Shown piece after piece: positions 1 to 9,795 of a stretch of 64,000 nt of DNA (the first letter of the stretch is position 1; each line of letters starts with the position of its first letter). The position numbers and the translations under genes were made by a program. Source of the stretch: a virus; IMG/VR virus record IMGVR_UViG_3300024180_000005, positions 16,219 through 80,218 of that record; one strand, written 5' to 3'. The notes beneath the pieces are model-generated. The model had not been told where the DNA came from and made no database searches. It was given only the letters and a program-made list of their open reading frames with translations.

Positions 1-2
1 TG

Positions 3-707
3 AGAATTAAGGTGGTTCTTAATATAGATGAGATACTAAAAGGTTGTACTAAAAAATTAAAATATAAAAGACAAGTAAAATGTGATCCTTGTAATGGTCA
101 AGGTGGTACTGATATACGAGAGTGTTTAACTTGTAATGGTCGTGGACACAGAATCGTTGTTCAGAATACACCATTTGGTCAAATGAGAACCGAAACAACT
201 TGTCCAGATTGTAATGGTAGTGGTAAACAAATTAAAAATAAGTGTAATCATTGTCATGGTGAAGGAACTCAATTAAAAGAACAAGTTGTTGATGTTGAAA
301 TACCTGTTGGTGTTTCAACGGGTATGCAACTTACTATGCAACAATTTGGTAACTATATCAGAGATGGTATTGCAGGTGATTTACAGATAATAGTTGAAGA
401 GGCACAGGATTTTTCATACAAAAGAGAGAATAATAATATCATAGTTGAGAAAACCATTTCTGTTATTGATGCAATATGTGGATCACACATTAAAGTTTCA
501 ACACCAAATGGTGAAATGTCAGTTTATATAGAACCAGGAACAACACATGGTAAGACTCTAAGAATAGGTGGTAAAGGAATTCCTGATATACATTATGGAT
601 TAGGCGACTTATTTATCAGAATAAATATTAAAATACCAAAAAATATTGATTTAGACGAGAAACATCTTTTAGAGAAACTAAAAGATTCTAAAAACTTCCA
701 AGTCTAA
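3..707 (+). CDS. dnaJ: DnaJ chaperone, C-terminal part (5' end outside window)
   Basis: Four CxxCxGxG zinc-finger repeats followed by the DnaJ C-terminal domain (GDLQI, GKGIP, GDLFI); frame open to the window edge. Confidence 0.95.
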   Translation, partial: RIKVVLNIDEILKGCTKKLKYKRQVKCDPCNGQGGTDIRECLTCNGRGHRIVVQNTPFGQMRTETTCPDCNGSGKQIKNKCNHCHGEGTQLKEQVVDVEIPVGVSTGMQLTMQQFGNYIRDGIAGDLQIIVEEAQDFSYKRENNNIIVEKTISVIDAICGSHIKVSTPNGEMSVYIEPGTTHGKTLRIGGKGIPDIHYGLGDLFIRINIKIPKNIDLDEKHLLEKLKDSKNFQV

Positions 708-743
708 AAATGATATTTTTATATATAAATAAAAAATAATTTT

Positions 744-1178
744 ATGTTAAGTTTAAATAAAATATCAATATCATGTTCAGATTCTAAAGTATTAGATGAA
801 ATATTTAATATTTTAAATACAAAGTCTGTTGATTATGATATGAATAATTATCATCTATATTCTAAAAGCAATGTTAATTTTCTAGAATTATTTTTTGATG
901 GTACAAAACCTTATGATGAATTTGGATTTGAATGGGCATATATAGAATCTTGTGTTAAATCTGAATCTATTTTACTAAATATTTACTCGAATAATGGAAA
1001 TCTTTCGATTTGGGTGGCGGAATTACTCAAGAAATATAAAATGTATAAACCAATAGAATTTGAAATAGACATTTCAATAGAAATAACAAAGTCTGTTAAG
1101 TTTAAAAACTATGATATTAAAAAATATTGGATTGAAAGTGAATTACCAAAAGTAATTCAAAATAAAAAGGGTCTCTAA
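744..1178 (+). CDS. hypothetical protein
   Basis: 144-aa ORF after a TATATATA element; ends inside a terminator hairpin. Confidence 0.65.
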   Translation: MLSLNKISISCSDSKVLDEIFNILNTKSVDYDMNNYHLYSKSNVNFLELFFDGTKPYDEFGFEWAYIESCVKSESILLNIYSNNGNLSIWVAELLKKYKMYKPIEFEIDISIEITKSVKFKNYDIKKYWIESELPKVIQNKKGL

Positions 1179-1195
1179 TTAGAGACCCTTTTTTT
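1165..1195. terminator. bidirectional intrinsic terminator
   Basis: Palindrome AAAAAGGGTCTCT-AATT-AGAGACCCTTTTT between convergent genes. Confidence 0.85.
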
Positions 1196-1370
1196 AATAT
1201 ATTATTTTTTTATGTTTAGGTTTTCTATTATAATCCTTTACAGATTTATGTACCTTATGTTTAGAAACCCAGCCTGTTGAGTTTTCTAACTCTATCTCTC
1301 GAGATGTCTTTTTATAAACATTTAGTATTTCCTTTTGTGTTATTTTCCCTATTTTTATTATACCCTTCAT
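1194..1370 (-). CDS. small basic protein (58 aa), ArfA/BrfA-like C-terminal YxRKxKH motif; absent from ORF track
   Basis: Manual translation MKGIIKIGKITQKEILNVYKKTSREIELENSTGWVSKHKVHKSVKDYNRKPKHKKIIY; own TATATTTG promoter at 1392-1399 and downstream terminator. Confidence 0.7.
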   Translation of the reverse strand: MKGIIKIGKITQKEILNVYKKTSREIELENSTGWVSKHKVHKSVKDYNRKPKHKKIIY

Positions 1371-1391
1371 AGTTTCTATTCATTAGAAATA

Positions 1392-1399
1392 CAAATATA
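1392..1399 (-). promoter_or_regulatory. Bacteroidota-type -7 promoter box TAnnTTTG (representative of about 13 copies)
   Basis: TATATTTG here; also on - at 10164, 16899, 37422, 37985, 38551, 44006, 45288, 48487, 54058, on + at 63272, and TTTA variants at 42788 and 55668. Confidence 0.8.
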
Positions 1400-1424
1400 A
1401 TAAAAATTACTTTATTTAAAAAAT

Positions 1425-4400
1425 CTATTCATATAAAATTGATATACTTCTAGTATAAGAATTTGATGGATATGTTTTTAAAATTGATCCAGATCCATAA
1501 TAATTTCCACCATTTGGATAATTAGTATTATTACTATAATATGTTCCACTTGATGTAGTTACAAAGGCTCTGAAAAATATAATATTTGGCACATAATTAG
1601 TTTGTCCCAATGTACCACTTATAGGCCCTGATATGTTACCGGTATTGACTTCAAATGTAGTAGGTCCTATTGATGTAGAATATGTAAAATAATTAGATAT
1701 TGTTGGTGTGGTTGATGATGTTGCCCAACAAACTCCAGTATTTATTATTGTTTCTTCAGTATTTATTATATTTGAAAAAGTAATTGATATAATACCCGGG
1801 AAAAATTCACTAACATTTTGTACAATAGGATCTATATCAATACTTATTGTTGTATTGAATGTCCAATTTTCATCAGACCAAGGATTAGGACCTTGCCAGA
1901 TAGGTGTGTAACCAGTTTCCCACCCATTTTGCCAAGTGTTTATTATATCATAAACTCTTACGTGTCTAAATGCTCTAACTGATGCAGTAGAACTCTTTGA
2001 AACATCATCTTTTATCAAACCAGTTGAACTTAAACTTTTAAATTCATATGCATATGCAGTGTTTGTTCCAGATTCTGTAGATGACCAATATAATGGTTTA
2101 AGTAAATCACTACCTAAAACACTATCAATTACTTGTGATGCATTAAATGCGCTATTTAACTCAGTTATTGAGGGTAGATACCAATTCGTAAACCCACCTC
2201 CAGTATAGTCATCACATAATTTTGCAGCAGATGTTGTATGACCTGGTTGTGACATTATAGTATTACTATTAGATATACCATTGTGTTCAGAGGTGGCATT
2301 TGAAGCACTTGCAGAAACGTTACTAAAAACAGAAGAACTACTTATGTCTTCTAAAGACATAACTAAATAGTTAAATACGTTTGTTGGGTATTTCCACATA
2401 GCAACTATTATACCACCACCATAAAGTTCACCTATATACCTATAATTAGTTGGTTTTGTTAGGAAATAACTTTTATCAACCCATGTACAGAGTCCATTTT
2501 CATCTGACCTAAGTATCTTATTATTACCTTTACCTTCAATATCCAAAACAAGATTTTGTGATATTGAGAATGTTGGATTACCATTAAACTCATGTGAGAA
2601 AAATTTATTAGAGTCATTATATTCATCCTCATAAGAATGTTTAAAAGTATCATAGTTATTTTTAACCTCTTCATATGATAAAGTTTTATAGTAAACTCTA
2701 ACTTGTGCAACATCACCATTAAAGGGGTACCATTGTGTTGGGTATGTATATTGAAATCCTAAAGGCCTATCAGTACCCTGTCCATCTCCAATTGCGAAGT
2801 TAAAGTCATTACCACCAAATTTACTTTGTGTACCTGTATTATAAGATTCTACACTTTTTATACCATTTATGTAAACTTTAGAAAGTGTATTATTTGATAT
2901 GGTTTCGGTTGTAAAAACAACATGATACCATTTATTTAATTCTAAACCAGATGTTGATCTCAAATATGTTTGTTTGTTATTTATATAATTTGAAAATAAA
3001 ATTTTATCATTTTGGAATCCAAAATATGGTAGAACCTGACCCATAAACATATTTACCGATCCTGTTAGATTAGTATTAGGTGAGGAAACAGTGCCTGTAC
3101 ATCTAATCCAAGCTTCCCAACTCATATTTTCAGAAAGTATAATAGGATCATATTCTATTTTTGTGTTAAATCCATTAAATGTGAAGTACTTTCCTGGATA
3201 TGGAGTTTGACTACTAGAATAAGTAGGTGATACATAACCGCTAGTAGTAACTATATTACCATCCGTGTGATTGCCACTGAGTTCTATTATTGTATTACCC
3301 GAACCACTATATGAACTATTTGAATCAAAATTCATTTTTAAATTGTTTTGCATAACACTTGGTAAAATCTCATATCTCTTCTTCTCAATGTTATAATTCT
3401 TCATTATTTCGTCTTTTGTAAGTGACCTATTGTAGATTCTAAATATAGAAACATCCATATTCATAAAATATTTATCAACAGATTTCCAACCACCTATTCT
3501 ACCAAAACCACCATTAAAATTTGTATTACCTAAACTTTGTGTACCAATAACTTGAGATAAAACTTGTTCATTCCCGTTTATATAAATTTTATTATTACTA
3601 TATGATTCACCACTAACCATTTCGAAAACATAATGTGCCCATCTATCGATAATATTTAAATTCTGAACGGTTGTATTCGATATACCATATAAATCAGCAG
3701 CACCCGTATTAAAACCTAATCCACCACCAGATGTATAAACATCATAAATATTCCAACCAAAAATCATACTACCACTATATGGTGTTCCGTTTGGACCCAA
3801 TTTTAACCAGGCCTCAACGGTAATTTTTGTTGAATTTCCAATTGGTGCCTTAAAATCAACATAAGAACCTATATTACTAAAACTGGCAGAAGAAAATCTT
3901 AGAAATCCACTATCATCCGTAAAATAAACTGGCCCAGTTGCTTGATAACCACCATCTGTACCAGAAACAATTACTTCATCTATTGATGGTCCTGTATATA
4001 CCGATGATGATGTATATGATGCATTAGGTGCTGTTATTTTTATAGAAACAGTTTTTCCGTGATAAGAGTATAATGGTATTTTTATATCACTTGTACTCAA
4101 ACCGGTTCCTGTAACTTCTTTTAATAAAGTATATGGTGTTGAATATCCCTCTTTCTGAATTGAAATATAAACATTAATATTTGCACCTGAGGAATTTAAA
4201 ATAGAAGAAACATCAGATGTTTGAAACTGAATACTACTATCTTTATATTCAACTAAAAAGTATTTAGAAATAAAACTAGAAGTACCACCATTATTATACA
4301 TAATAGGAGTTGTAGTTACTGAGTTTGTAATATTAGTTAAATACCACTCATCATATATAAAGTTTCCTAATGCATCACGATAACTATTTCCAGAGTATGT

Positions 4401-5648
4401 TGTACCAGGTCCATTTATATTACTAATAGTAGGTAGTATATCGATTGTTGTACCCTCTGAAGATGTAGGTGGGTAAGATGATAAATTAAATGAATATGAT
4501 GATGTCATTCCTGAACTAACCAAATCTACCCATCTACTAGATGTTCCTAATAATTTATAAGTAGAATCTGAAAAAGACTTATCATTGGTTACATCTAAAT
4601 TTAAACACAAACCATCACCGACATATTTTGATTCTTTTCTTACTGCCCTTATTCTAGGTGGATTACTACCAAAATATGCATCTTCTTTTTTAGAAATCTT
4701 AAACCATCCATTGTCATTTGTATAACAAAATTCGGAAGAATATTCAGTTGATGACCAATATCCACTATAAGAAATTGTATCTATACTCTCTGAATTTAGA
4801 ATTTTATTTACAACACCTGATTGATTGTAAATAGTGTTCAATTCATAATATGATGGTAGATACCAATCATCATATCCACCTGCTCTATAATCCGCACAAA
4901 CTTGTGCGGCACTACCTGTTACTCCGTACTTACTAGACTCTTCCATAATTGATATAGTATTCAACCTACCATTATATAAACTTTGTGCATTTTCTCCAAT
5001 TAGAATTGTACTCATAGTTGAGGTAATAAAAGGATCAAAGGAAGTTCCGTCATAAATCCATTGTGAGTAAATAGATCCATTTTCATCAAAATAACCATCA
5101 GTACTTTTTAAATCCTCTAAAGATACTATCAAAACTTTTTCATCATCACCTTCTAACCAAACATCAATTACTATACCACCACCATAAAATTCACCTATAT
5201 AATGACCAAAATTAAATAATGATTTTATTGGTTTCCAATTAACTATACCCGAAGAATCTGATGTAAGAACTCTTTCTATTCCTTCATTTGCATCTTTGAT
5301 AAAAAGTGGATTTACTATTGTAACTCCATCGTCTGATAATTCATAACCACTATCCGAAACTCTAAATTGAACTGGTGTACTATATACATTTGAACCTAAA
5401 CCATTATCATATGCATAGGCAACCGCATAGTAAGTATTGTTAGGTATATTTTCAAAAGTTGCAGAGAATGTACCAACTTCATTATAAGATATGGATCTAA
5501 TAGTTCCACTTGTTACGGTAGAAAGATCCGTACTATATATAATACCACTATCAAGTATAATTTCACCAGAATTGACTGAAACACTATAAGAAAAGTCAAT
5601 TTTATTTTTTAATCTTCCTGTGGCTGATATTACATTTACAATTACCAT
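1425..5648 (-). CDS. large virion fibre/adhesin with two DUF1566-type (C-type lectin fold) and two LamG/ConA-like domains
   Basis: Two YIGExYGGGI..WYLPS..EL..YWSSTE..R(A)VR/RAFR modules; two LamG modules (EAW..W.H.V..KIYING..RIYNRSL); S/T/G/N rich. Confidence 0.8.
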   Translation of the reverse strand: MVIVNVISATGRLKNKIDFSYSVSVNSGEIILDSGIIYSTDLSTVTSGTIRSISYNEVGTFSATFENIPNNTYYAVAYAYDNGLGSNVYSTPVQFRVSDSGYELSDDGVTIVNPLFIKDANEGIERVLTSDSSGIVNWKPIKSLFNFGHYIGEFYGGGIVIDVWLEGDDEKVLIVSLEDLKSTDGYFDENGSIYSQWIYDGTSFDPFITSTMSTILIGENAQSLYNGRLNTISIMEESSKYGVTGSAAQVCADYRAGGYDDWYLPSYYELNTIYNQSGVVNKILNSESIDTISYSGYWSSTEYSSEFCYTNDNGWFKISKKEDAYFGSNPPRIRAVRKESKYVGDGLCLNLDVTNDKSFSDSTYKLLGTSSRWVDLVSSGMTSSYSFNLSSYPPTSSEGTTIDILPTISNINGPGTTYSGNSYRDALGNFIYDEWYLTNITNSVTTTPIMYNNGGTSSFISKYFLVEYKDSSIQFQTSDVSSILNSSGANINVYISIQKEGYSTPYTLLKEVTGTGLSTSDIKIPLYSYHGKTVSIKITAPNASYTSSSVYTGPSIDEVIVSGTDGGYQATGPVYFTDDSGFLRFSSASFSNIGSYVDFKAPIGNSTKITVEAWLKLGPNGTPYSGSMIFGWNIYDVYTSGGGLGFNTGAADLYGISNTTVQNLNIIDRWAHYVFEMVSGESYSNNKIYINGNEQVLSQVIGTQSLGNTNFNGGFGRIGGWKSVDKYFMNMDVSIFRIYNRSLTKDEIMKNYNIEKKRYEILPSVMQNNLKMNFDSNSSYSGSGNTIIELSGNHTDGNIVTTSGYVSPTYSSSQTPYPGKYFTFNGFNTKIEYDPIILSENMSWEAWIRCTGTVSSPNTNLTGSVNMFMGQVLPYFGFQNDKILFSNYINNKQTYLRSTSGLELNKWYHVVFTTETISNNTLSKVYINGIKSVESYNTGTQSKFGGNDFNFAIGDGQGTDRPLGFQYTYPTQWYPFNGDVAQVRVYYKTLSYEEVKNNYDTFKHSYEDEYNDSNKFFSHEFNGNPTFSISQNLVLDIEGKGNNKILRSDENGLCTWVDKSYFLTKPTNYRYIGELYGGGIIVAMWKYPTNVFNYLVMSLEDISSSSVFSNVSASASNATSEHNGISNSNTIMSQPGHTTSAAKLCDDYTGGGFTNWYLPSITELNSAFNASQVIDSVLGSDLLKPLYWSSTESGTNTAYAYEFKSLSSTGLIKDDVSKSSTASVRAFRHVRVYDIINTWQNGWETGYTPIWQGPNPWSDENWTFNTTISIDIDPIVQNVSEFFPGIISITFSNIINTEETIINTGVCWATSSTTPTISNYFTYSTSIGPTTFEVNTGNISGPISGTLGQTNYVPNIIFFRAFVTTSSGTYYSNNTNYPNGGNYYGSGSILKTYPSNSYTRSISILYE

Positions 5649-5663
5649 TTTATTTATTTTATT

Positions 5664-7157
5664 TTAATCAATAGAGAAAAGATATCCAAAATTACCCAGA
5701 ACATTATATTTGAACTTGGCAACTCTCTTACCAGTTCCTGGACCGGATGAATATATAACATCTATTTTTGTACCATAAGAATTTAAAGACATACTTGCAC
5801 CAGCAGTTGGATTTATCCATTGATATTGATTTGATGGATTTTTTATAGGTGTACCACCTTTATATAAATCAACATTCAAAATTACCAAAGGTGTTGAATC
5901 AAGTCTTGTTTGATCACCCATTACGAAATTGGGTACCCAAGATCCAACATACCAATGTGCCTTTGCTTCTATTTCTATTTCAGATTGACCAGGATAATAA
6001 TATTTAAAGGCATTTAAATTTATTAAAACGGTTTCATATCCAAATCCAGTATTATCATCAGCATGCCATAATATCGAATAAGTAGAACTTTGTGGATGTG
6101 TTGGGAAATCGGGCGTCCAACCACTACCAACATAGTAGGCACCATATCCAGATTCAGATGCAGGCTCATCAGGGTAAACCATTGTAGTCCTAGTATCCAA
6201 ATCAACCTCACCCGAAAATTGATAAGTCATAATTATATAATCTGCATCAAAATTAAATGATATTTGAGAGTCATCTGCAATTCTAAAAGGTCTAACCTTT
6301 GCAAAATTGGATTTAAATATAGCGGCTATATCTAAATTTCGAATAGAACTTGTACCGGCTAAAACACCCCATGAAGTTGATGCGCTATTCTCCGTAGAAG
6401 ACCAATAATAATCAGAATCATTTGATGAAACTAATCCCGTGTCTGTGTAACTACCACCAGGACCAGTATCGGTTGTTTCATTTTTCGTGTATTTAGTTTT
6501 ACCAAAGGTTAAAAGATTTATATTACTTGGTAATACTGAATCTGTTGTGTATGTATATTCAGGAAATGTAGGTAGTACCGTAATATTAACAACATCTAAT
6601 TTAGGTTCATTTTTATCATATGAGAAACTATCTAAAACTTTATTGAAAATAGAAGCATTGTTTATTAAATAATTAAGTTCATATATAGATGGTAGAAACC
6701 AATCATCCCATACTCCTGTTCCTAAGTCCGGATTAGAATAGTCTAAACATAATTGTGCTGCCGATGTTGTGGATTGTGTGCTTATTAGTAAACTATTACT
6801 CGCACCAAATGAATTATAACTAGCAGATGCTGATAAATTCTGTATATCAGACCATTCAAAGCCATAAATAAATGAGGTTACTCCACTTGAAACAACAGTA
6901 GTTGATATATTTTCAGTAGCCGCGATAAGACATCTTTCTAAACCATTTTCAGTCCATACTCCAACTACAACACCACCACCAAAAAACTCACCAATATAAT
7001 GATTATTTGGCTTATCGGAAACATAATCAGTTATTGTTTTCCAATTTGAATAACCATTCCCATCTGATATAAGTACTTTATCAGATGATTGTCCACCATC
7101 CTGAATAATTAGATTTTTATTTATAGTAAAGTTTGTTCTATTAATTGAATGTCCCAT
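5664..7157 (-). CDS. DUF1566-domain virion protein, paralogous module to 1425..5648
   Basis: KVLISDGNGYSNW, HYIGEFFGGGVVV, AAQLC, WFLPSIYEL, YWSSTE, VRPFR. Confidence 0.75.
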   Translation of the reverse strand: MGHSINRTNFTINKNLIIQDGGQSSDKVLISDGNGYSNWKTITDYVSDKPNNHYIGEFFGGGVVVGVWTENGLERCLIAATENISTTVVSSGVTSFIYGFEWSDIQNLSASASYNSFGASNSLLISTQSTTSAAQLCLDYSNPDLGTGVWDDWFLPSIYELNYLINNASIFNKVLDSFSYDKNEPKLDVVNITVLPTFPEYTYTTDSVLPSNINLLTFGKTKYTKNETTDTGPGGSYTDTGLVSSNDSDYYWSSTENSASTSWGVLAGTSSIRNLDIAAIFKSNFAKVRPFRIADDSQISFNFDADYIIMTYQFSGEVDLDTRTTMVYPDEPASESGYGAYYVGSGWTPDFPTHPQSSTYSILWHADDNTGFGYETVLINLNAFKYYYPGQSEIEIEAKAHWYVGSWVPNFVMGDQTRLDSTPLVILNVDLYKGGTPIKNPSNQYQWINPTAGASMSLNSYGTKIDVIYSSGPGTGKRVAKFKYNVLGNFGYLFSID

Positions 7158-7180
7158 TATCTATATATTCAAAAACCAAA

Positions 7181-7300
7181 TCAAAAAATAAATATTTTAT
7201 ATTCCCATTTTTTTGAACCACAGTCAAAAACTCTATTAATATAACCATCTTTAACCAACTTGTCTTTTCTATAATTAAATCTATGTACTCTAAAACCAAT
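7181..7300 (-). pseudogene. C-terminal remnant of a Hef-like homing endonuclease
   Basis: IGFRVHRFNYRKDKLVKDGYINRVFDCGSKKWEYKIFIF* with no start codon; matches the KLxKxGY..FDCG..(W/F)E tails of the endonucleases at 10281 and 18369, with an internal deletion. Confidence 0.7.
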
Positions 7301-7377
7301 TTAGATAAAATAGAGCTGGAGACTATGTTTATTTTATGTATTGTAGATTTAATATATATAAGAAACTAATATTTAAT

Positions 7378-8160
7378 ATGAGTGATGAATACATACCATA
7401 TCAAGGAGGTCTTACAATTGAAGAGTTTATTGATAGTGTCAATACTGAACTAACAATAGGTTGTTCTTTACCAAAGACATTACCAGATGCTATGATTAGG
7501 CAAATTGTCGAAAAAAGAGCAATGCCTTGGTTTTATAGAACTTATCAATATGCAGTTCAAAAAATGTATTTCTTGGTTAAGAAAGATGCATTCACTAGTG
7601 AAGAGTTTACAAAATATAATTATGTTAGTGTTCCTTGTGAAATACAATCAGTTACATATTTATATGAAGTAAGAGGAACTAGTCTTTTCCAATTAGGTAT
7701 AAATAGTCCTAACTTATCTGTAAACTTAGGGGTTACAAATCAACCATATTTATCGTCATATGTAACAACAATTGGTGAGTTAGGTACTTATAAAACATTA
7801 TTAGATAATATGTCTGATATGATGAACCAATTAAATAAATATACTCTTAAATATCAATTTAACCAGTTAAATCATAGATTACATATTTTAACAAATGTTG
7901 AATATGATGTGATTATGGAAGCATATGCTAATATACCACCGGAAAACCTTTACAACGATGATTTGTTTTTCAAATATTGTGTAGGATATGCAAAACAAGC
8001 ATTAGGGAATATGGTGGGAAGATATGATTTTTCTCTTCCCGGTGGTGTTAAGATACAAGCAGCAGACTTGGTTTCTCAAGGGAAAGAAGAGGTTAAAGAA
8101 GTTGAAGAGGAAGTGAAAGGTCAAAGTAATTCAAGTTTCTTTTTCATGGTTAAGAAATAA
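7378..8160 (+). CDS. neck/head-completion protein, T4 gp13-like
   Basis: YQFNQLNHRLHI, FFKYCVGYAKQALG..GRYDFSLPGGVKI..GKEEVKEVEEE; start moved to ATG 7378, downstream of AATATATA at 7351. Confidence 0.7.
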   Translation: MSDEYIPYQGGLTIEEFIDSVNTELTIGCSLPKTLPDAMIRQIVEKRAMPWFYRTYQYAVQKMYFLVKKDAFTSEEFTKYNYVSVPCEIQSVTYLYEVRGTSLFQLGINSPNLSVNLGVTNQPYLSSYVTTIGELGTYKTLLDNMSDMMNQLNKYTLKYQFNQLNHRLHILTNVEYDVIMEAYANIPPENLYNDDLFFKYCVGYAKQALGNMVGRYDFSLPGGVKIQAADLVSQGKEEVKEVEEEVKGQSNSSFFFMVKK

Positions 8161-8213
8161 CCAATTGATTATCAATAAGTTATTTTCAATATTAGGAAAT
8201 AGTTATGAAATTT

Positions 8214-8221
8214 AATATATA
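8214..8221 (+). promoter_or_regulatory. putative late promoter (A/T)ATATATA (representative)
   Basis: AATATATA-N4-ATG; same spacing before at least 11 other genes (see findings). Confidence 0.75.
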
Positions 8222-8225
8222 AAAA

Positions 8226-9005
8226 ATGATACTTAGATACGAACAACTTAATGAAAATAAGATGTGGTACAAAACAATACCACAGATATTAGAATGGATA
8301 GATTCAAAATCTGACCTTTATTGGATTTGGATAGACACAGAAACAACTGGCATAGGAGGTCCGAAAAAAGAACAACTTACACAAGTTTCCGCAATAGTTA
8401 CTAACTACAACTTCAATAATAATTCATTCAATGAGGTTGATACTTTTGATAGAAAGATCAAACTAACATCGGATATAAAATCTAGATATGATATACCTGG
8501 TGATAATAGTAGAAGAATTTTAAGTTTTAATCACTATGGATCTGGCGGTTACAAATATGAAGAAGAAAGTGAAGTCGTTTATGATTTCTTCAAATGGATA
8601 GAAGATTATTCACCTTGTTTAGGTATTGCACAAAATGCGAGTTTTGATATGAATATGTTAGCAGGTAGATCCGATAATAAAATAAAATTTGAAGTATTCG
8701 ATACTAAGATGTTGATTCAATTATATTATTTACCACTTTTACAAAAACTGGGAGAAACTGACTCTAAATATTCAGAAATTGTAAGTTCTATAGGAACTTC
8801 AACAAGAGATAATGGATTGATTTCTTCTTCTATGGCGAAGATTGGTCCGGCACTTGGTCTAAGTATGGATAACTATCATGATGCGATTACAGATTGTAGA
8901 ATCACTATTGAGATGTATAGAAAGATTGTTGATTTTTTAAAAGAGAATAAACATATCGATATAAGCAAATATCAAAACGATAGAATCAGAACAATAAGAA
9001 AATGA
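8226..9005 (+). CDS. DEDDh (DnaQ-like) 3'-5' exonuclease with N-terminal tag-like peptide
   Basis: IDTETTG, NASFD, HDAITD; begins MILRYEQLNE. Confidence 0.85.
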   Translation: MILRYEQLNENKMWYKTIPQILEWIDSKSDLYWIWIDTETTGIGGPKKEQLTQVSAIVTNYNFNNNSFNEVDTFDRKIKLTSDIKSRYDIPGDNSRRILSFNHYGSGGYKYEEESEVVYDFFKWIEDYSPCLGIAQNASFDMNMLAGRSDNKIKFEVFDTKMLIQLYYLPLLQKLGETDSKYSEIVSSIGTSTRDNGLISSSMAKIGPALGLSMDNYHDAITDCRITIEMYRKIVDFLKENKHIDISKYQNDRIRTIRK

Positions 9006-9064
9006 AATACCTAAGATATAATGATGCTAGAGAAACTTTGATAGACAAGAAGTACAAAACTTAA
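9002..9064 (+). pseudogene. 20-codon stub starting with the MKYL tag
   Basis: ATGA overlap with upstream gene; MKYLRYNDARETLIDKKYKT* then terminator. Confidence 0.45.
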
Positions 9065-9070
9065 TATCAT

Positions 9071-9105
9071 AAATAAAGCCGGTCGAGTGACCGGCTTTAT
9101 TTTTT
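9071..9105. terminator. bidirectional intrinsic terminator
   Basis: AAATAAAGCCGGTC-GAGT-GACCGGCTTTATTTTT. Confidence 0.85.
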
Positions 9106-9170
9106 CGTTTATACTAATCAGAAACCATCTTCAAGAGTCAGTAAATATCTCTTTTCTTTACGTTCATAGT

Positions 9171-9485
9171 TTAGTAAAAAATATATTTTTCATCTTCTTT
9201 GATACAATAGATTGAGATTGGGTAGATTCTCAACTCATCATTACTTTCATCCACTATAAACCTCATAGAACCATCTATGATATCTGTGTTTACAATTTTA
9301 ATTGTTGCGTGATGTAATCCTTTCAGAACTGAATAGGTGATGTCGTCTAATTCTTCAGTAAGAACCATATAGTTATCCTTTCCTTGTATCTTACCGGATA
9401 ATCCATCGATAAAGTAAGCCTTTTCTATAATCTCTCTAAGTGAATCTGTTGCAGAACACTCTACTTTAATTTCATGTTTTACCAT
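9171..9485 (-). CDS. hypothetical protein
   Basis: 104-aa ORF with AAAC-N17-TATAA element upstream. Confidence 0.75.
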   Translation of the reverse strand: MVKHEIKVECSATDSLREIIEKAYFIDGLSGKIQGKDNYMVLTEELDDITYSVLKGLHHATIKIVNTDIIDGSMRFIVDESNDELRIYPISIYCIKEDEKYIFY

Positions 9486-9549
9486 TTCTTTTTATTTAGT
9501 TATTAAAAAATTTTATTTGAAATATTTATATTGATAAAATATATAAAGT

Positions 9550-9759
9550 TTAATTATGATAAACAATATTTATAGACGTTATATCTTCAATAGTAAAATT
9601 TACTATCTCTTTGAATAGTTCAAAACCTGTAAGACTCTCATAGTCATTTTGATTTTTGTTTATCTTTTTTATGATTGGGATAAGAGAATTTATCTGTTTG
9701 TGTGTAACCTCAATCTTTTCGCGACTATCTTCTGTATCTATTACTAAAAAACCTCTCAT
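9550..9759 (-). CDS. hypothetical protein
   Basis: 69-aa ORF, ATG start, co-oriented with neighbours. Confidence 0.6.
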   Translation of the reverse strand: MRGFLVIDTEDSREKIEVTHKQINSLIPIIKKINKNQNDYESLTGFELFKEIVNFTIEDITSINIVYHN

Positions 9760-9795
9760 ATAAGTTCTTATTTTTTCTTATATATAAGTTTTTTC

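Noticed and set aside
1425-7157. Diversity-generating retroelement acting on the DUF1566 domains
   Set aside because: No reverse transcriptase and no near-identical TR/VR pair seen in the window
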